DNA of 64,000 nucleotides from Candidatus Poribacteria bacterium (GCA_963665845.2 OY762492.1:2560001-2624000); one strand, 5' to 3'. Shown: positions 37,532-47,887, counted from the stretch's first letter. Made by a program: numbers and translations. Notes: generated by a model not told the origin, from the letters alone.

Positions 37532-38908
37532 TCATAGGAGCAGGCGGGAGACGGCCTCGGCGGCGCGGTTCAACAGCTCCCGCGCCCGCGCCGCGTCCCG
37601 CGATTCAGCGAAGACGCGCATGACAGGCTCCGTGCCGGACGGGCGTACCGAGACCCAGCTGCCGTCCTGCCATGTCAATTTCAGCCCATCCATCGTCTCC
37701 GCGGAGGCTTCCCTAGCCCATGACATCGCCTCCGCCAGTCGATTCGCGTCGGGCGGGCGCGTTGTCAGCCGAACTTTTTTCTTCACCAGAACGTACCGCC
37801 CCCATTCGTTCACCCAGTCCGACAGCGTTCCGCCGCGGCGCGCCAGCCCGCTCGCGATCACCGCCGCCGCGGCGACGCCGTCCGTTGTCAGATGAACCTG
37901 CGGGAGAACGACGCCGCCGGTGCTTTCCCCGCCGACCGCCGCGCCCGCCTCCTTCATCTTCTCTACCACATGGCCGACCCCAACAGGCGTTCGCAGGATC
38001 GGGACGTTATGTTTTTGCGCCGTTTCGTCTAAAAGCGCGCCGGTAACGACGGTCGTTACGATGGGTCCGCGCCGTTCTTTCAAGAGGGCGTCCGCCGTCA
38101 GCGCGAAGGTGTACTCCTCCGGGATAAACGCTCCCGTTTCGTCGATGAGCGTTGTTCGGTCGGCGTCCGGGTCATGCGCGATTCCGATGTCGGCGCCATG
38201 TTCTTTGACCGCCGCTTTGAGCGCGTCTAGGCTGTCTTCGGTCGGCTCCGGTTTTCGGGGAAAAATGCCGTTCGGATCGCAGTGTATCTCCTCCGTCTCG
38301 CAACCGAGGCGGCGCATCAAGGCAGGGCTGACGAGGGAGCCTGCGCCGTTCCCGGCGTCCACGACAACGCGCATCCCGCGCCGTTTCACCGCTTCGGCGT
38401 CGACGCTTTGGAGGCTCAAGACCCGCTCCATATGCGCCTCGGCGGCGCCCTCTTCAACGCGAAAATTGCCCGTCTCGTTCCAAGGGGAGAATCTCCGCGG
38501 CGGATTGTGAAACCATGCCTCCAACAGGCGCCGTTCCGAGGCGTTCAAGAGGCGCCCCCGCTCCATCGCAAACTCGATGCCGTTCCATTCGGCGGGGTTA
38601 TGGCTCGCGGTGATCGTGAGCGAGCCGTCCATTTCAAAATGCGAGGCGGCGTAAAGAGCGGTCGGCGTCGGCGCGATTCCAAAATCGACCGCGTCCAGCC
38701 CGTTCAACATCAACGCCGAGGCGAGCGCCGCCAGCGCCGCTTCGCCAGACAGCCGCGTGTCGCGCGCTATCGAAACGACCCGCCCGCCGCGCTGTTTTAT
38801 GAGCCGCGCAAAAGCGTTGCCGAAACGGACAAGGTTGGCGGCGGTGAACGACTCGCCTGTCCGCGCGCGGAAGCCGGAGACGCCGAACACAAAATCGCGC
38901 CCTGTCAT
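37532..38908 (-). CDS. Phosphohexomutase (PGM/PMM/GlmM family)
   Basis: ITASHNP, DPDADR, GGESTGG, RPSGTEP. Confidence 0.92.
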   Translation of the reverse strand: MTGRDFVFGVSGFRARTGESFTAANLVRFGNAFARLIKQRGGRVVSIARDTRLSGEAALAALASALMLNGLDAVDFGIAPTPTALYAASHFEMDGSLTITASHNPAEWNGIEFAMERGRLLNASERRLLEAWFHNPPRRFSPWNETGNFRVEEGAAEAHMERVLSLQSVDAEAVKRRGMRVVVDAGNGAGSLVSPALMRRLGCETEEIHCDPNGIFPRKPEPTEDSLDALKAAVKEHGADIGIAHDPDADRTTLIDETGAFIPEEYTFALTADALLKERRGPIVTTVVTGALLDETAQKHNVPILRTPVGVGHVVEKMKEAGAAVGGESTGGVVLPQVHLTTDGVAAAAVIASGLARRGGTLSDWVNEWGRYVLVKKKVRLTTRPPDANRLAEAMSWAREASAETMDGLKLTWQDGSWVSVRPSGTEPVMRVFAESRDAARARELLNRAAEAVSRLLL

Positions 38909-40128
38909 GAAAGAATCATGCCTTTCGGTATGACGGCGACGCCCGATTCGGTCGCTTTAAATTCTTGAACGCTCTCCGGCATGTCGGAGCTGATGCGCCT
39001 GTTCGGCGGGATGACAACCCCTTTATCCACAATGGCGCGCGAGACGACCGCGCCGCTGCGCACCACGGCGCCTTCAAAAAGTATGGAACCTTTAACGACC
39101 GCGCCCGGCTCCACCCTCACATTCGGGGCGACGACCGAATCGCGCACCGTTGCGCCGCGCAGCAGACAGCCCGACGAAAGCAGCGAATTGTCGACCGACA
39201 GCGGCGCCTCGCTGTCCGAGAGAAGGCGGGCGGGCGGCGCCGGCGGACGAAGCGCCCGTATCGGCCACTCGGAGCTGTACAGGTCGAACGGCGGCTCCGG
39301 TTTCAACAGGTCTTGGTGCGCCTCATAAAAGCTGTCAAGCGTTCCGATGTCGCGCCAGTAGTTTCGGTCGGGGCGGTTCGGCTCATGGAACGGGAAAGCG
39401 TCCACCTGCTCCTGCGAGTCAACCAAGCGCGGAAGGATGTTTTTTCCAAAGTCATGGTCGGAGTCGCGCCGGGCGTCGTCAATGAGCGCCTTCACGAGCG
39501 CGTCCGTGTTGAAGATGTAGATGCCCATGGAGGCGAGGGCAAAGTCGGGTTTGCCGGGCATCGGCTTCGGGTCGTTAGGTTTTTCTACAAAGCTGCGTAT
39601 CTGAAAGTTTTCATCCGCCTCCATGACGCCGAATCGGGACGCTTCGCGGATGGGCGCCTCGATGCATCCGACGGTCAAGACGGCGCCGCTCTGCGCATGC
39701 GCCTCCAGCATTTCGCCGTAGTCCATTTTATAGACATGGTCGCCGGAGAGAATCAACACATATTCGGGGCGCGTTTGTTCAAGGAATTCTATGTTTTGGT
39801 AGATGGCGTCCGCCGTCCCCATATACCATGTGGCATGCGTTTTTTGCTGCGGCGGCGCCAGATCGATGAACTGTCCGAGAGCCGGGATCACATAGGATGA
39901 CCAGCAGTTTTGGACATGCCGATGGAGCGTGACGGAGCGGTACTGCGTCAACAAAAAGATGCGCGTCAAACCCGAATTGAGGCAATTCGACAAGGTGAAA
40001 TCGATGATGCGGTAGGAGCCGCCGAACGGGACGGCGGGCTTCGCGCGGTATTTGGTGAGCGGATAAAGCCGCGAGCCTTGACCGCCCGCCAAGATCATGA
40101 CCGCCGCCCGCTTGTCAAGACTTTTCAT
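38905..40128 (-). CDS. glgC: Glucose-1-phosphate adenylyltransferase
   Basis: LAGGQGSRL.PLT..RAKPAVPFGG, GTADA, LSGDHVYKMDY, FVEKP, DFGKNI, YWRDIGT. Confidence 0.97.
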   Translation of the reverse strand: MKSLDKRAAVMILAGGQGSRLYPLTKYRAKPAVPFGGSYRIIDFTLSNCLNSGLTRIFLLTQYRSVTLHRHVQNCWSSYVIPALGQFIDLAPPQQKTHATWYMGTADAIYQNIEFLEQTRPEYVLILSGDHVYKMDYGEMLEAHAQSGAVLTVGCIEAPIREASRFGVMEADENFQIRSFVEKPNDPKPMPGKPDFALASMGIYIFNTDALVKALIDDARRDSDHDFGKNILPRLVDSQEQVDAFPFHEPNRPDRNYWRDIGTLDSFYEAHQDLLKPEPPFDLYSSEWPIRALRPPAPPARLLSDSEAPLSVDNSLLSSGCLLRGATVRDSVVAPNVRVEPGAVVKGSILFEGAVVRSGAVVSRAIVDKGVVIPPNRRISSDMPESVQEFKATESGVAVIPKGMILS

Positions 40129-40498
40129 GCGCCGCCTGCTTCGCCAAACGCGCGATGGCGTTTTTCAAATCTTTGAAATCGGACGCTTTCACCACATACT
40201 CGACCGCCGCCCAGGTCATATAATTTTCTTTATACGCCGAATACGCCGTATGGAGTATCACCGGCAAATTCGCGTTTAGATTCACCATCTCGCTCAAGGT
40301 TTCAATGCCGTCTTTGCCCGGCATGTTGATGTCCAGGACGACCACATCCGGCGGGGACTTCTGAACCGCCTCGATGGCGGCGGCGCCGTTATGGACGACG
40401 CGCGTCTGGTACCCCTCATCCTCCAGCTCTTCCTGAATCAGAGCCGCCATCGCCTTGTCGTCTTCTACAATCAGAACCTCAATCGCAATATCGTTCAT
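40115..40498 (-). CDS. Single-domain response regulator (receiver only)
   Basis: IVEDD, VLDINMP..DG, HTA, VVK. Confidence 0.92.
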   Translation of the reverse strand: MNDIAIEVLIVEDDKAMAALIQEELEDEGYQTRVVHNGAAAIEAVQKSPPDVVVLDINMPGKDGIETLSEMVNLNANLPVILHTAYSAYKENYMTWAAVEYVVKASDFKDLKNAIARLAKQAAHEKS

Positions 40499-42900
40499 TT
40501 AGCGCCCTTTCGCGCATGTCGGTTTATTGGCAGGCGGATTGTGAAGGCGGTTCCATGATTCAGCTCGCTTCTCGCCTCTATGGAGCCGCCATGATGATCA
40601 ATGATCTGCTTCGTCAACGCTAGTCCAAGACCGCTTCCGTACTTTTTCGTCGTGTAAAAAGGCTCAAAAAGGCGGTCGATATGGTCGCTCTGAATGCCTG
40701 TGCCGGTGTCCTCTATTTCGATGCGGACATAATCGCCTTCAACGCCGAGCCGAATCGTCAAGACGCCCCCGTTCGGCATCGCTTCCACCGCGTTTTTGGA
40801 GAGGTTCCACAGCGTCTGCTTCATCCAGTCCACATCCAGATGCGCGTCCGGCAGCGGCTCCGGGCATTCATACACAATATGCACCTTCGACTCCGCCGCC
40901 GACTCGGCGATCATCCCGATCATCTCCTTCGCCAGCGCCTCCAGCGAGATCGGCTCATAGTCAAGCGACAGCGGCGACATAAAATCCATCACATCCTTTA
41001 GAATGATCTCCAGTCGGGTCGTTTCCTGCGCGATGATGCCGGCTCGGCGGATCGTTTCCTTCTCCCGCGTTGTTTTCCGTATGCGCCGCGCAAACCCGCC
41101 GATGCTCACCAGCGGGTTGCGTATCTCATGCGTCACATACTGCATCAGCTGTCCGACGATCGCTTGCCGCTCATGGCGGTGCGCCTGGTCTTTCGCCGAC
41201 TCCAGCTCCTCAAACGCGATCTCCAGCTTTCGGTAGGTTTGCGCGTTGGAGAGCGCCAGCGCCGCCTGGCTCGCAAACGCGCCGAGCGTCTCCAGCAGCC
41301 GCGGGGCGATCGGCTGACCCGTGATGGAATTGTCGGCGATGATGACGCCGATGAGCCGCCGGCGCGCGACGAGCGGTATCAACGCAAACTCCTCCGCCCG
41401 CAAGATCTGTTGAAACGCCTGAACGACCGAGCAGCCCGCCGTTCCGTCCTGCGCCGCCACCGCCCCGCCCAGCTCCGACAGCTCCGCGATGTCCCGGTTG
41501 TCGACCGGTATACGCATAAAGCGGTCGGCGACCGAGACATCCTGGAAAGGTATTTGACGGGGCGCATGGTCAAGGTACTCCTCAATCGTCTGCTCCCCAA
41601 TCTCCGACCAGATGCGGTACGCCTCCTCGGTCGACGCCGGACCGATATGCAGCTTCTCCTCCAGCGCCGCATTCTCCTCGTCCAGCATGAACAGGATCGC
41701 CCTGTTGAACCCGAAGCCCGGACCCGCTGTGACGCATGTCAAAATCGCATGGTAGAGCGATTTTAAATCCAACGTGTGCCGCAGCTGCTGACCCAAGCGG
41801 TGCAGCATTCCCATCTGTTTATACCAGTCGACCGACTGAACGATGCTGGCGACCAGGCGCGAGAGCGCCTCCAGCGACGCCACCTGGTATTTGTCAAAGG
41901 CGTACGATTCCTGACTCTGCACATCCATGACAGCGGTAACATACCCGCCTTCCGTCTTGATGGGTATCGTCAGCTCGCTGCGAATCGTCTGGTTGGCTGG
42001 AAAGGCGTTGAAATAGATCGGGTCGTTCTGGGCGTCGTTGACGAGGCGGGTTTGACCCGTTCGCGCGGCGTATCCGAGATTGCCGATGGCGGCGCTCTGG
42101 GTATAGTTCTTTTCGTGGTACTCAAAATACTCGCCCGAATGGCCGGCGAGGCTCATCTCTCCCGCGTCGCCCGCCCCCCAGTCGATCTGAAAAATGGCGA
42201 CGTCGTACAGCTCAAACCGCTGATGAATCAGCTCGCAAACGCGGTCGTAAAGCTGCTCTGGAGAGGTGAGCTGGGCGACCGCTTCGGCGTTCACCTCATG
42301 GATAATTTCGGTGCGGAGCATGCCGAGGCGGCGTTCATTGTAGTCGTATGCGGCGCTGAGTATCGTTTGAATCAGCGGGGAGAGCTTGGCAATCAGGCGC
42401 TCATGCTCTTCAGAGAAAGCGTCAGGTTCCGTTCGGTAAAGAGCGGCCGCCCCGACAAGTCCGCCGCCGTGAGACTCAAACGGAGCCGCAAGAGCCGACC
42501 GCGCGCCGACCGCCGACAGCTCGCGGTCGAAGAAAGCGCCCGCGGGTTCGATCTGTTTCGCCCGGTCTTTCACATTCAGCGGCGTTTTCGATTCTAGAGC
42601 GGCTTCCAGCCAAGGAGCTTGTTGAAACGGTATCGCCGCGCCCTGCGGGTTGGACGCGAGCCGACCGCTTGTGTAGGCGCGGAGAAACGCGTCCTGCCCC
42701 GCTGTCATCGGTTCAGGCGAACCTATCAGAATGGAGACGCCGTCCGCGTCAAAGACCGGCAGCAAAGCCCCCTCAAAGCGGTTCAAGACCGCCGGCCAGT
42801 CCAGGCGCCCGCCGTCCGCAAACTGCTCCATGAGCCGTTCGTAGGCGTCCATGAAGCGTTTGGTCTGATCAATGCTGTGTTCCGACCTGCGATTCGACAT
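40495..42900 (-). CDS. Cytoplasmic multi-GAF sensor histidine kinase
   Basis: Three GAF-like segments; THEIRNPL H-box, NAVEAM, DTGTGI, FYTTK..GSGLGL; start ATG 42900 with GGGAG SD. Confidence 0.92.
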   Translation of the reverse strand: MSNRRSEHSIDQTKRFMDAYERLMEQFADGGRLDWPAVLNRFEGALLPVFDADGVSILIGSPEPMTAGQDAFLRAYTSGRLASNPQGAAIPFQQAPWLEAALESKTPLNVKDRAKQIEPAGAFFDRELSAVGARSALAAPFESHGGGLVGAAALYRTEPDAFSEEHERLIAKLSPLIQTILSAAYDYNERRLGMLRTEIIHEVNAEAVAQLTSPEQLYDRVCELIHQRFELYDVAIFQIDWGAGDAGEMSLAGHSGEYFEYHEKNYTQSAAIGNLGYAARTGQTRLVNDAQNDPIYFNAFPANQTIRSELTIPIKTEGGYVTAVMDVQSQESYAFDKYQVASLEALSRLVASIVQSVDWYKQMGMLHRLGQQLRHTLDLKSLYHAILTCVTAGPGFGFNRAILFMLDEENAALEEKLHIGPASTEEAYRIWSEIGEQTIEEYLDHAPRQIPFQDVSVADRFMRIPVDNRDIAELSELGGAVAAQDGTAGCSVVQAFQQILRAEEFALIPLVARRRLIGVIIADNSITGQPIAPRLLETLGAFASQAALALSNAQTYRKLEIAFEELESAKDQAHRHERQAIVGQLMQYVTHEIRNPLVSIGGFARRIRKTTREKETIRRAGIIAQETTRLEIILKDVMDFMSPLSLDYEPISLEALAKEMIGMIAESAAESKVHIVYECPEPLPDAHLDVDWMKQTLWNLSKNAVEAMPNGGVLTIRLGVEGDYVRIEIEDTGTGIQSDHIDRLFEPFYTTKKYGSGLGLALTKQIIDHHGGSIEARSELNHGTAFTIRLPINRHARKGAK

Positions 42901-42981
42901 GAATTGCTCCCTTGCATGTACCATAATACATCTTTGAGACCGTTTTTGAAAGCTATTGACCGAATCGGCGGCTTGAGTTGA

Positions 42982-43100
42982 GGCGCGGATCGTTCCCCTT
43001 GAAAAAGGGGGTTTCAAAGCGGACGCCGATCGTTCCCCCCTTGAAAAGGGGGGCTAGGGGGGTTTAAGGGCGGGCGCGGATCGTTCCCCCTTGAAAAGGG
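42982..43100. repeat. Three tandem GATCGTTCCCC(C)TTGAAAAGGG REP-like units
   Basis: Units near 42988, 43028 and 43079; the last abuts the IS left end. Confidence 0.85.
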
Positions 43101-44362
43101 AACTACACGTTTGATTTGCCAGAGGCATATACCCCGCCATTGTTTTCAGCGTTGCGTTTTTTTTTACGTTTTTTCTTGCCGTAATTCGTTGCTTACGACT
43201 CATCTCGGGCTGGCGGCGTTGCGTTGGACGCAACACTGCCAGCCCATTTCATTTCATCTCCTAGAACTGCCGATGTTATTTCCGCTTTCGCGCTTGTTTT
43301 GGCGCATTCGGCACAATCTACCGCTGCAACCATACGCACGATGCCTGCATGTATCCTGCCTCACAGGTTTTAGAACTGCAACCGCTTTATTTCACCAGAT
43401 CCGCGTAAGTAAGGCGTTTACCGACCATGCGCGGAACAATCTTGGCAAGCGTTTCGATGCGGTTGTCGTTTCCAACATTGAACCGGTAGACGAATTCTTT
43501 GACGTATAAACCCAGGTGTTTAAACGACATGTAATGGTAAACGCCGCGGTACCCGCGTTTCAGGACGGCCCAGAACGACTCGATGCTGTTGGTGTGAACA
43601 TCGCCGCGAACATACTCGCCTTTCTGATGCGAGACAGCGGCATGCGCGTATTCCTCCATGCCCTTGTAGGTCGGGAGAGCGTCGGTATAAACGGTTGACC
43701 CAGGCGCCACATTCGCCCTTACAGCGCCATGAACCGTTTTTATCTTCATATTGTCCAGCAGAAACGCGCGGATTTCGCCGTTTCTTTGACGCATGCCGAT
43801 CACGGTCTGCTTGCCGCGGGTTCCGCTTCCGACGCCCAGCTTTTTTCTGCGATGCTTACTACCCTCTTTGCCGCCGACGTAGACCTCGTCTATCTCCACG
43901 GTTCCGCTCAGCATTTCGTCGTCGCTTACCATCGAGGCTCGGATGCGGTGGCCTAGGGACCATGCGGAGTCCTGCCTTATGCCCAGTAGCTTACCCATCG
44001 TAACGCTCGATACGCCCTTCTTAAACGTCAGGAACAAATAGAGCGCCAGAAGCCACATATGGAGGGGGATTTTGCTTTTCTCCATGATTGTTCCCGTGCG
44101 GACGCTGAAATACTTGCGGCATGTTCGGCATCTGAGCGGCATCGGTTTGGCGTTTTTCACTCGGGCGATGTTTTTGGAATCGCATCGGGGGCAGCAGATG
44201 CCATTCGTCCATCGGCTTTCTTCAAAGAATCGGGCGGCGCTTTTTTCATCGGGATATTTTTCAAAAATCTCGTAGATACTGGTAGACTGCATTGGAATTT
44301 CCTTTCTCAATCTCCCTTTAGTGTAGCGCAATCCGCTTATCTAGTCAAACGTGTAGTACCCC
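43097..44362 (-). mobile_element. IS1595-family insertion sequence
   Basis: TIRs AGGGAACTACACGTTTGA (43097) and TCAAACGTGTAGTACCCC (44345-44362); encloses the transposase. Confidence 0.88.
43387..44292 (-). CDS. IS1595-family DDE transposase
   Basis: CPRC...CRTCRKYFSVRTGT Zn ribbon, VEIDEVYVGG, VYTD, VSH..GEYV, HTNSIESFW, EFVYRFN. Confidence 0.95.
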   Translation of the reverse strand: MQSTSIYEIFEKYPDEKSAARFFEESRWTNGICCPRCDSKNIARVKNAKPMPLRCRTCRKYFSVRTGTIMEKSKIPLHMWLLALYLFLTFKKGVSSVTMGKLLGIRQDSAWSLGHRIRASMVSDDEMLSGTVEIDEVYVGGKEGSKHRRKKLGVGSGTRGKQTVIGMRQRNGEIRAFLLDNMKIKTVHGAVRANVAPGSTVYTDALPTYKGMEEYAHAAVSHQKGEYVRGDVHTNSIESFWAVLKRGYRGVYHYMSFKHLGLYVKEFVYRFNVGNDNRIETLAKIVPRMVGKRLTYADLVK

Positions 44363-44518
44363 TTTCAAGGGGGGAGTCCAGAAACCCCGCGCCCTACCCG
44401 CTGTCATCGGGCGGCCGTCATTCCCGACCCTGCGGTAAAACGCGCGGGAATCTTAAGGCATAGCAAGCCGCTGCGCCCGTCCTTTAAACCCCCCTAACCC
44501 CCCTTTTCAAGGGGGAAT

Positions 44519-44686
44519 CTGACCTCATGTCTTTAGTGGGGACATGTCGGCATGGAAACGCGGACGGTTTCGGGGTGGACTCTGGATTCCCGCTTACGCG
44601 GGAATGACGACCTGGTTGATGACGCTTTTTTCCCATGAATAGAGCGGTCATTCGTTCAAATGTCCCAACTTTCAGCATGAGGTCGG
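44519..44686. mobile_element. MITE family B inserted into a CCCCTTTTCAAGGGGGAATC repeat
   Basis: CTGACCTCATGTCTTTAGTGGGGACAT ... ATGTCCCAACTTTCAGCATGAGGTC; GGGGAATC repeated at 44512-44519 and 44685-44692. Confidence 0.82.
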
Positions 44687-44726
44687 GGAATCGGACGCGG
44701 CGCTGCGCTCCGTTTTTCTTTTGTTT

Positions 44727-44766
44727 AAAAAAGAATCGGCGCCGACATCATGCGTCCGGCGCCGAT
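44727..44766 (-). terminator. Putative intrinsic terminator of the TonB-receptor operon
   Basis: ATCGGCGCCG-N12-CGGCGCCGAT hairpin followed on the minus strand by TCTTTTTT. Confidence 0.65.
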
Positions 44767-44833
44767 CCGTTCTTCTCTAAGGAGCGGGAGCGGAAGCCGA
44801 CTCAGCAATAGAGGCGGCTCCATCGACATCCCA

Positions 44834-47116
44834 TTAAAACTGCGACTCTATGCTCATAACCAAATTACGGCCTGGCGCATTCACCCCAGACCCATGCCAG
44901 CGGTACCGCCTGTCCAAGATATTCTCTAGCGCGGCGTTCACCCGCGCATAGCTGTTGATCTGAACGCCGCCGCGCAGGTTCAGCGTGAACCAGCCGGGCG
45001 TCCCGGCGTCCAACGCCCGCCCGTTCTCATCGAACGACACCTCTTCTGGGTCGCGCGTGAGACCGGGGATGCGCGCGTCGCGTATGTCGCCTTTGCTGAG
45101 GCGGTTCTGTTTTGCGGCGCCGCGCGCGATGAATTCTCCCCAGAACGGCTGACCGGACGGCTCCCACCGCGCCCCAAGCGCCGCATGCGGAGGCGTCTCG
45201 CGCCGTATGCGCGCCTCCCATGGCTTGTCGGGATCGGGAGCCTCGCCGTTCAAGGTCAACACTTCGCCGCGTATCAATCCCGCCGCGGCGAACAATGTCC
45301 AGCTTGAATCCAGCGCGGCGTAGGCGTCCGCCTCAATCCCCCGCACAACCGACCGGTCCAGGTTGTCTAAAACGGTGATGTCGAGACCCTCATGCTGCGC
45401 GGCGATGTTCTGAAACAGCGGCGGCGGATGGTTGCCGTACACTTCAGAAACAAGCCGCTGCGCCATCTGATTGTTGAGCCATGTGGAGAAGAAAGCGGCC
45501 GTTCCGCCGAACCGCGGCCGCTGAACCTTCACCCCAATCTCCGCGTTCACCGAGCGTTCTGGGAGAACATCCGGGCTGGGCGCCTGAATGCCCTGGTTCG
45601 TTGCTTGAACGCCTGTCAGATCGTCGATGGAGGCGGCGCGGAAACCGCTGCCGAGCGACGCAAACGCCTTCATCCCTTCCGCCGCCTCATAAGACGCGGA
45701 CGCGCTGCCGGTCAGAGTCGCGCCGCTTTTATCCAGTTCTCCAAACGACGCATCTTCAAGCGAAAGGTCGGCGTTGACGTTATAGAATGTCCCGTTCACG
45801 CCGACGACCGCCTCAAGCCGCTCGCTCAACTCCGTCTCGCTCTGCGCAAATAGGTTGACGTCGTAAGCGGAGGAGCCGTCCGGATACCGCCCCCATGCTT
45901 TTTCGGTCGGCAGGCTGCGGACGCTTGAAACGCTGTCGGAGTAGGCGTCTATGCCGACACTCAACGAATTCCGTTCGCTCATCGGCTTTTTCGCCAGTAC
46001 GGAAAAACCGATGGAGCCGATGTCGTCATGCGTTTCGCTTCTGCCGCTCTCTTCGGCGCCGACCCTGAGGCTCGATTGCGTCTCCATCTGCCGCTGGTAC
46101 GACAGCGTCGCCGAGAGGCTGCCTTCGCCGCTAAAGAACCCGTCTCTCTTGTAGTTGCCGTAAGCGAGATGCCGCCGCTGCGGATCGTAGACCAGCTCCG
46201 CAAACTCTTCGCCGGATGCGATCTTGTCCCATCTGGAATCGACCGTCTGATCAACCGCCTGATAATGAAGCCGCAGCGTCTGATTTTCGCCGGCGCTCCA
46301 TGCGACGGAGACGGCGCCCGCCGTCTCGCTGTAAGAGGTGGGGCTTTCTTTATCGTAAAGATGCGTTCTCTCTAAAGAGCCTGTTTTGGCGCTGAAGGAG
46401 GTCGGTATGTTTCCGACATCCTCTTCGCTGGTGATGATGAACTTGCGCCCTTCCAGATGCACATCATGCCCGGCGCCGGGCTGTATATCCCCGGCGCTCT
46501 TGCGCGTGATGTTGGCGCGGAAACTAAGATTGTCTTGACCGCCCTGCAAGCTCAACCCAAACGCGGAGTCCTGCGAGGCGGTTCCATACCGCGCATACAG
46601 CCGCGGCGCAATCTTGAAGTCGCCTTCATGGAACGCGGGGCGGCGCGAAATCGTATGGATGACGCCCCCAATCGCCGAGTTTCCGTATAAAACGGAGCTG
46701 GGACCGCGCAAAATCTCGACCCGCTCAATGTCGTCCACATTCTGCGTGTTGAAATACTGGTTCGGACCAGAGCGGAACGTCCAGTTGTTGAGGCGCACCC
46801 CGTCGATCAGCATGAGCGTGTGGTAACCCGTGAAGTTTCGGATGAACGGGGAGCCTTGCCCGTTCGCGGTGCGCTGGGAGAAAACGCCCGCTTCATCGAT
46901 CAGTCCGTCCACAAGCGAGATCGGCATGCGCCGCTGAAGCTCCTCCAGCGTAACGGAGCTGACAGCGTTCGGGATGTCGAAGCTGGAGCGTTCGGCGCGC
47001 GTCGCCGTCACAGCGATTTCGGGAAGTTCCACCCCGCTGTCGTCTTCGGCTGCAGCCGAGAGAGTCAACGCGGCAGCCATGCATGCAACAGCAACTTGAG
47101 ACCAAATAGAACGCAT
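44834..47116 (-). CDS. TonB-dependent outer-membrane receptor
   Basis: Signal peptide, IAVTATRAE, IDGVRLN, IERVEILRGPSSVLYG..AIGGVI, ENILDRRY, C-terminal F. Confidence 0.95.
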   Translation of the reverse strand: MRSIWSQVAVACMAAALTLSAAAEDDSGVELPEIAVTATRAERSSFDIPNAVSSVTLEELQRRMPISLVDGLIDEAGVFSQRTANGQGSPFIRNFTGYHTLMLIDGVRLNNWTFRSGPNQYFNTQNVDDIERVEILRGPSSVLYGNSAIGGVIHTISRRPAFHEGDFKIAPRLYARYGTASQDSAFGLSLQGGQDNLSFRANITRKSAGDIQPGAGHDVHLEGRKFIITSEEDVGNIPTSFSAKTGSLERTHLYDKESPTSYSETAGAVSVAWSAGENQTLRLHYQAVDQTVDSRWDKIASGEEFAELVYDPQRRHLAYGNYKRDGFFSGEGSLSATLSYQRQMETQSSLRVGAEESGRSETHDDIGSIGFSVLAKKPMSERNSLSVGIDAYSDSVSSVRSLPTEKAWGRYPDGSSAYDVNLFAQSETELSERLEAVVGVNGTFYNVNADLSLEDASFGELDKSGATLTGSASASYEAAEGMKAFASLGSGFRAASIDDLTGVQATNQGIQAPSPDVLPERSVNAEIGVKVQRPRFGGTAAFFSTWLNNQMAQRLVSEVYGNHPPPLFQNIAAQHEGLDITVLDNLDRSVVRGIEADAYAALDSSWTLFAAAGLIRGEVLTLNGEAPDPDKPWEARIRRETPPHAALGARWEPSGQPFWGEFIARGAAKQNRLSKGDIRDARIPGLTRDPEEVSFDENGRALDAGTPGWFTLNLRGGVQINSYARVNAALENILDRRYRWHGSGVNAPGRNLVMSIESQF

Positions 47117-47134
47117 TGCGATTCCTTCTTTTCG

Positions 47135-47785
47135 TTAGAAACTGTTTGCGGATCGTCCGCGGCGCATGCCATGTTGATCGGGATTGAATCCGCCCGGAAA
47201 TTGAGTGATCTGCGTATAACGGGAGCCGTCCAGCCGGGCGCCTTTCAATTTTGCTCCGCGCAGGTCAGCGTTTCCAAAGTCGACCCCGCGCGCGTCCGCG
47301 TTCGATAGGTTCGCGTATTGTAAATTCGCGCTGGTGAACGCGACGCCTTTCAGGTCGGCTCCGGTCAAATTCGCCTTTCGCAGGTCGGCGCGCCGCACAA
47401 CCGCGCCGACATTGCCCTCAATGTCAGGGTCGCCCAGGAGCGCGTTTTCAAGGTTGGCGCCGCGCAGATCCGCCTCAAACAGATTCGCAAACCGCAAGTT
47501 CGCGCCGGCGAGATTGGCGCCGCGCAGATTCGCATACCTTAGGTTTGCCTTCTGAAGATTCGCCTTCTGCAGATCCGCCCCTTGAAGATTGATGCGCTCC
47601 ATGTTCCGCCCTTCAAGATTGACCCCTTCCAACATGCCGCCGCGCAGATCCGCCTCTTCAAGCGAGTCGTTCAACAGGTCGTCCACATTGCGGGGCTGAA
47701 CCGCCGCCCCAGAGCAGCCGCTGAACGCCCCTTGACAAATGAGAAGGAGAACAACGACAGAAACGGGAAAGAATTGTTTCAACAT
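47135..47785 (-). CDS. Pentapeptide-repeat lipoprotein
   Basis: Lipobox FSGC; A(D/N)Lxx repeats; C-terminal TQFPGGFNP. Confidence 0.88.
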   Translation of the reverse strand: MLKQFFPVSVVVLLLICQGAFSGCSGAAVQPRNVDDLLNDSLEEADLRGGMLEGVNLEGRNMERINLQGADLQKANLQKANLRYANLRGANLAGANLRFANLFEADLRGANLENALLGDPDIEGNVGAVVRRADLRKANLTGADLKGVAFTSANLQYANLSNADARGVDFGNADLRGAKLKGARLDGSRYTQITQFPGGFNPDQHGMRRGRSANSF

Positions 47786-47830
47786 CGATACGCCTTTCGG
47801 TTCATACGCCAACGTTCCGTCTTGGCATAT

Positions 47831-47846
47831 AGCAATAATCGTGCCA
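47831..47846 (-). promoter_or_regulatory. Sigma54 (-24/-12) promoter
   Basis: Minus strand TGGCAC-GATTA-TTGCT, matching the TGGCAC-N5-TTGCW consensus, 45 bp upstream of ATG 47785. Confidence 0.8.
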
Positions 47847-47887
47847 CCCTGTCTCGCGCCTGTTTTCCCTCCCCAAACGCCCTTTGC

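Noticed and set aside
43111-43386. Passenger gene in the IS1595 element
   Set aside because: Only short ORFs without RBS or recognisable motifs.
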